DNA of 64,000 nt from an uncultured Pelagibacteraceae bacterium (lineage in GTDB: Bacteria; Pseudomonadota; Alphaproteobacteria; Pelagibacterales; AG-422-B15): positions 19,514 to 83,513 of the forward strand of contig CABYZQ010000003.1 of NCBI GenBank assembly GCA_902523535.1. The letters are read 5' to 3'. Shown here one piece after another: positions 62,000-64,000 of the stretch (position 1 is its first letter; the number at the start of each line of letters is the position of its first letter). A program made the translations under genes and the position numbers. Under the pieces are notes generated by a model that did not search any database, was not told the DNA's origin, and was given only the letters and a program-made list of their open reading frames with translations.

Positions 62000-64000
62000 T
62001 TTTTGTGGTAAATGAAAAAAGTTTACTATTATTTACATAACTGCGTACGTGTGACGGCAAAATAAGCAAGCAAGGTGTGACGATTAATGTCAATATTGCT
62101 GAAAAACTCAAACCGTATACAATGCATTGTGCAAGCGATGTCCAAAAACCACTCACGTTTGAATCATACTCTATTGTTCTTGCTATTGGATCGATGCTAT
62201 AATTCAATGCCAAAGGAATTAATCCCAGCATAGTTGTAATTGTAGTTAGAAAGATAGGCCTTAATCTTTGTGCGCATGCTTTAAGAACATTATTATAGAC
62301 ATCGTCCTTATTTTTGTTACTAACGAAATTGTATGCATCAATTAGAATAATATTATTATTAACAACAATTCCTGCCAATGAAACAATTCCAATACCATGT
62401 AATATAGCAGAGAATGCCTGATCAAATACTAGTAGTCCTAAATATACGCCTGCGGTACTTATTATAACCGCGGTAAGAATTATAAAGCATTGATAGAAAC
62501 TATTGAATTGGGTTACTAGTAATGCTGCCATTATCAATACAGAAATTATAAATGCCTGTACGATAAATTTCATGGAGTCATTTTGCTCTTCATTTTCGCC
62601 TCCAAAAGCAATGTCAACATTTGGTGGAAATGCTTGATCATCTGCCCAGCTACTTAACTTCTCCACAACTTCACCGGTTGAAGTGCCCTCAGTCACGTTT
62701 GCTTTAATGTACATAGCATTTCTTGCGTCCCATCTTCTAATGAAACTAACATTTTGCTTTGGCTTCTTCGTAAGGAAATTGCTAATAGGAACTTTACCAA
62801 CAGACGATTCAATCATTACATTGTCAAGTTGATCAATTGATCTATCGCTTTCAGGGTACCTTACGTAGATCTCTAATTCTTCATCAATGTCATTTGGCCT
62901 ATACTTGCCGATCATTATTCCTTCAGTGACCAATTTAATTGCCGTACCAATAGTAAAAATATCAACGCCAAATTGTGCAGCTTTTGGTTTATCAATGGTC
63001 AGCTCCCAATCTACTAATGGAATAGGTAGAGTATCCTCAATGCTTATTAACTCATCAAGATTGTCAATATAGTCTCTTAACGACTTAGTCACTGGAACCA
63101 AAATGTCACTCGTTGGTCCAGTTATTCTTATTTCTAAATCTTTGCCTACAGGTGGCCCGCCTGTTTCTTCAATGACTTCATACTTAATGCCGCTAATATT
63201 ACTAAGTTCATTTCTTAAATCGTCCATTATTTTATGTCCATTTTTCCTTTTGCCTCGCTCAATGAACTCAAAGTAAGCTGTTGCAATTAAATCTTCAGAA
63301 GATCCACCGCCTGAAGGCCCAACACTACTAAATTGCCCAGTCTGTAAAAAATAACTTTTGATGCCGTACTGATTTATCATCGCATCTTCCACTTCTTGCG
63401 CTAGATCATTTACCTCCTCGACGGATAAGTTTCCTCTTGCGTAGACTTTGACAACTCCAAAATAAGGGTCATTAGAAGTAAAAAATACCATGCCTTTACC
63501 GAAGTTTGAGTAAGTTGCTATAATGCCAAAAATAACAAAAAATATTAACGATAGGGTAATAATGGGTCTTTTAATGACGTAGCTTAATATATTTACATAT
63601 TTTCCTACATATCCGGTTAATTCTTTGAGATTGAATCCTTGATCAGAACCAAGGCTACGATAAACATTAGCTGATGCATTTGAAGGCTTACCTAATACAC
63701 TTCCTATTACCGGAACAAACATTAAGCTAAAAACTAATGCGATAGACAAGACAATAAAGATTGTGAGTGGAAGTACGGACATAAACTGACCAGATACACC
63801 GGGCCAGAAGAAAAGTGGGGCAAATACGGCTAGGGTTGTTGCGGATGAAGCAACTATAGGCCAGAACATTCTTTTTGCTGAATAGACATATGCCTCCTGC
63901 TTACTAAATCCTTCAAGCATTTTTCTATCAGCTAACTCAACCACTACAAGAGAGCCATCAATAAGCATTCCTAATGCAACTAATATGCCAAACATGACCA
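61989..64000 (-). CDS. second RND efflux transporter permease (AcrB/MdtB-like), N-terminus beyond the window end
   Basis: The reading frame is open to position 64000. GMLIDGSLVVVE (TM4 region) and GIVVNNNIILIDAY are present. The track's Met at 63995 is internal. Overlaps the downstream RND gene by 11 nt. Confidence 0.85.
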   Translation of the reverse strand, partial: VMFGILVALGMLIDGSLVVVELADRKMLEGFSKQEAYVYSAKRMFWPIVASSATTLAVFAPLFFWPGVSGQFMSVLPLTIFIVLSIALVFSLMFVPVIGSVLGKPSNASANVYRSLGSDQGFNLKELTGYVGKYVNILSYVIKRPIITLSLIFFVIFGIIATYSNFGKGMVFFTSNDPYFGVVKVYARGNLSVEEVNDLAQEVEDAMINQYGIKSYFLQTGQFSSVGPSGGGSSEDLIATAYFEFIERGKRKNGHKIMDDLRNELSNISGIKYEVIEETGGPPVGKDLEIRITGPTSDILVPVTKSLRDYIDNLDELISIEDTLPIPLVDWELTIDKPKAAQFGVDIFTIGTAIKLVTEGIMIGKYRPNDIDEELEIYVRYPESDRSIDQLDNVMIESSVGKVPISNFLTKKPKQNVSFIRRWDARNAMYIKANVTEGTSTGEVVEKLSSWADDQAFPPNVDIAFGGENEEQNDSMKFIVQAFIISVLIMAALLVTQFNSFYQCFIILTAVIISTAGVYLGLLVFDQAFSAILHGIGIVSLAGIVVNNNIILIDAYNFVSNKNKDDVYNNVLKACAQRLRPIFLTTITTMLGLIPLALNYSIDPIARTIEYDSNVSGFWTSLAQCIVYGLSFSAILTLIVTPCLLILPSHVRSYVNNSKLFSFTTKNAS

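Noticed and set aside
63993-63995. Met at 63995 as the start of the second RND gene.
   Set aside because: The frame is open to the window edge, and the sequence begins in the middle of the TM4 region of AcrB-like proteins. The gene is truncated by the window.
1-64000. Search for mobile elements, prophage, CRISPR arrays, toxin-antitoxin or defence-system genes, and rRNA/tRNA genes.
   Set aside because: No transposase, integrase, Cas, nuclease or helicase-type ORFs and no repeat-spacer periodicity were seen. Every gap over 100 nt was read and none contains a cloverleaf-compatible sequence. The window looks like core chromosome rather than an accessory island.

Overview
This is a visibly AT-rich and very gene-dense chromosomal segment. 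Many start/stop overlaps are 1-11 nt, and only about seven intergenic gaps exceed 100 nt. Three things point to a streamlined marine alphaproteobacterium of the SAR11/Pelagibacterales type: gene content, GAAC-N7-GAAC SOS boxes upstream of recA, and the eukaryote-like 409-aa NADP-IDH. That taxonomic call is inference, not a database hit. I support about 57 CDS. I found no rRNA, tRNA, CRISPR array, transposase, integrase or phage gene.

The dominant theme is uptake and tetrahydrofolate (THF)-linked oxidation of methylated amine or sulfonium osmolytes:
- a betaine-type ABC importer (proV, a fused double proW, proX);
- a BHMT-like homocysteine methyltransferase;
- a DmdA-like GcvT-family demethylase;
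- dimethylglycine dehydrogenase;
- heterotetrameric sarcosine oxidase soxBDAG;
- a second, longer GcvT-family protein paired with a short MetF-like reductase, next to formate-THF ligase.

Housekeeping anchors are hisI, rpmF, msrA, dksA, recA, alaS, icd and dusA.

The parts I think deserve a second look:
1. The MetF-like plus 447-aa GcvT-like pair, divergent from fhs, which resembles the LigM/MetF/LigH demethylation logic but has no known substrate. Its leader may be structured.
2. An operon in which the ABC-importer ATPase gene is followed by Fe-ADH, amidase, serine hydrolase, VOC and alpha/beta-hydrolase genes.
3. A SCO1 / lipoprotein / PCuAC / DUF2182 / DUF1326 block. It is translationally coupled to the DmdA-like gene, and its DUF2182 member carries a duplicated Met-rich insert.
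4. An FNR / METTL7-like methyltransferase / animal-type COMT-like methyltransferase / EthA-like Baeyer-Villiger monooxygenase operon.
5. A GC-rich hairpin-plus-terminator element upstream of an adrenodoxin-type ferredoxin.

All functional calls come from reading the translated ORFs against remembered family motifs. No searches were run.
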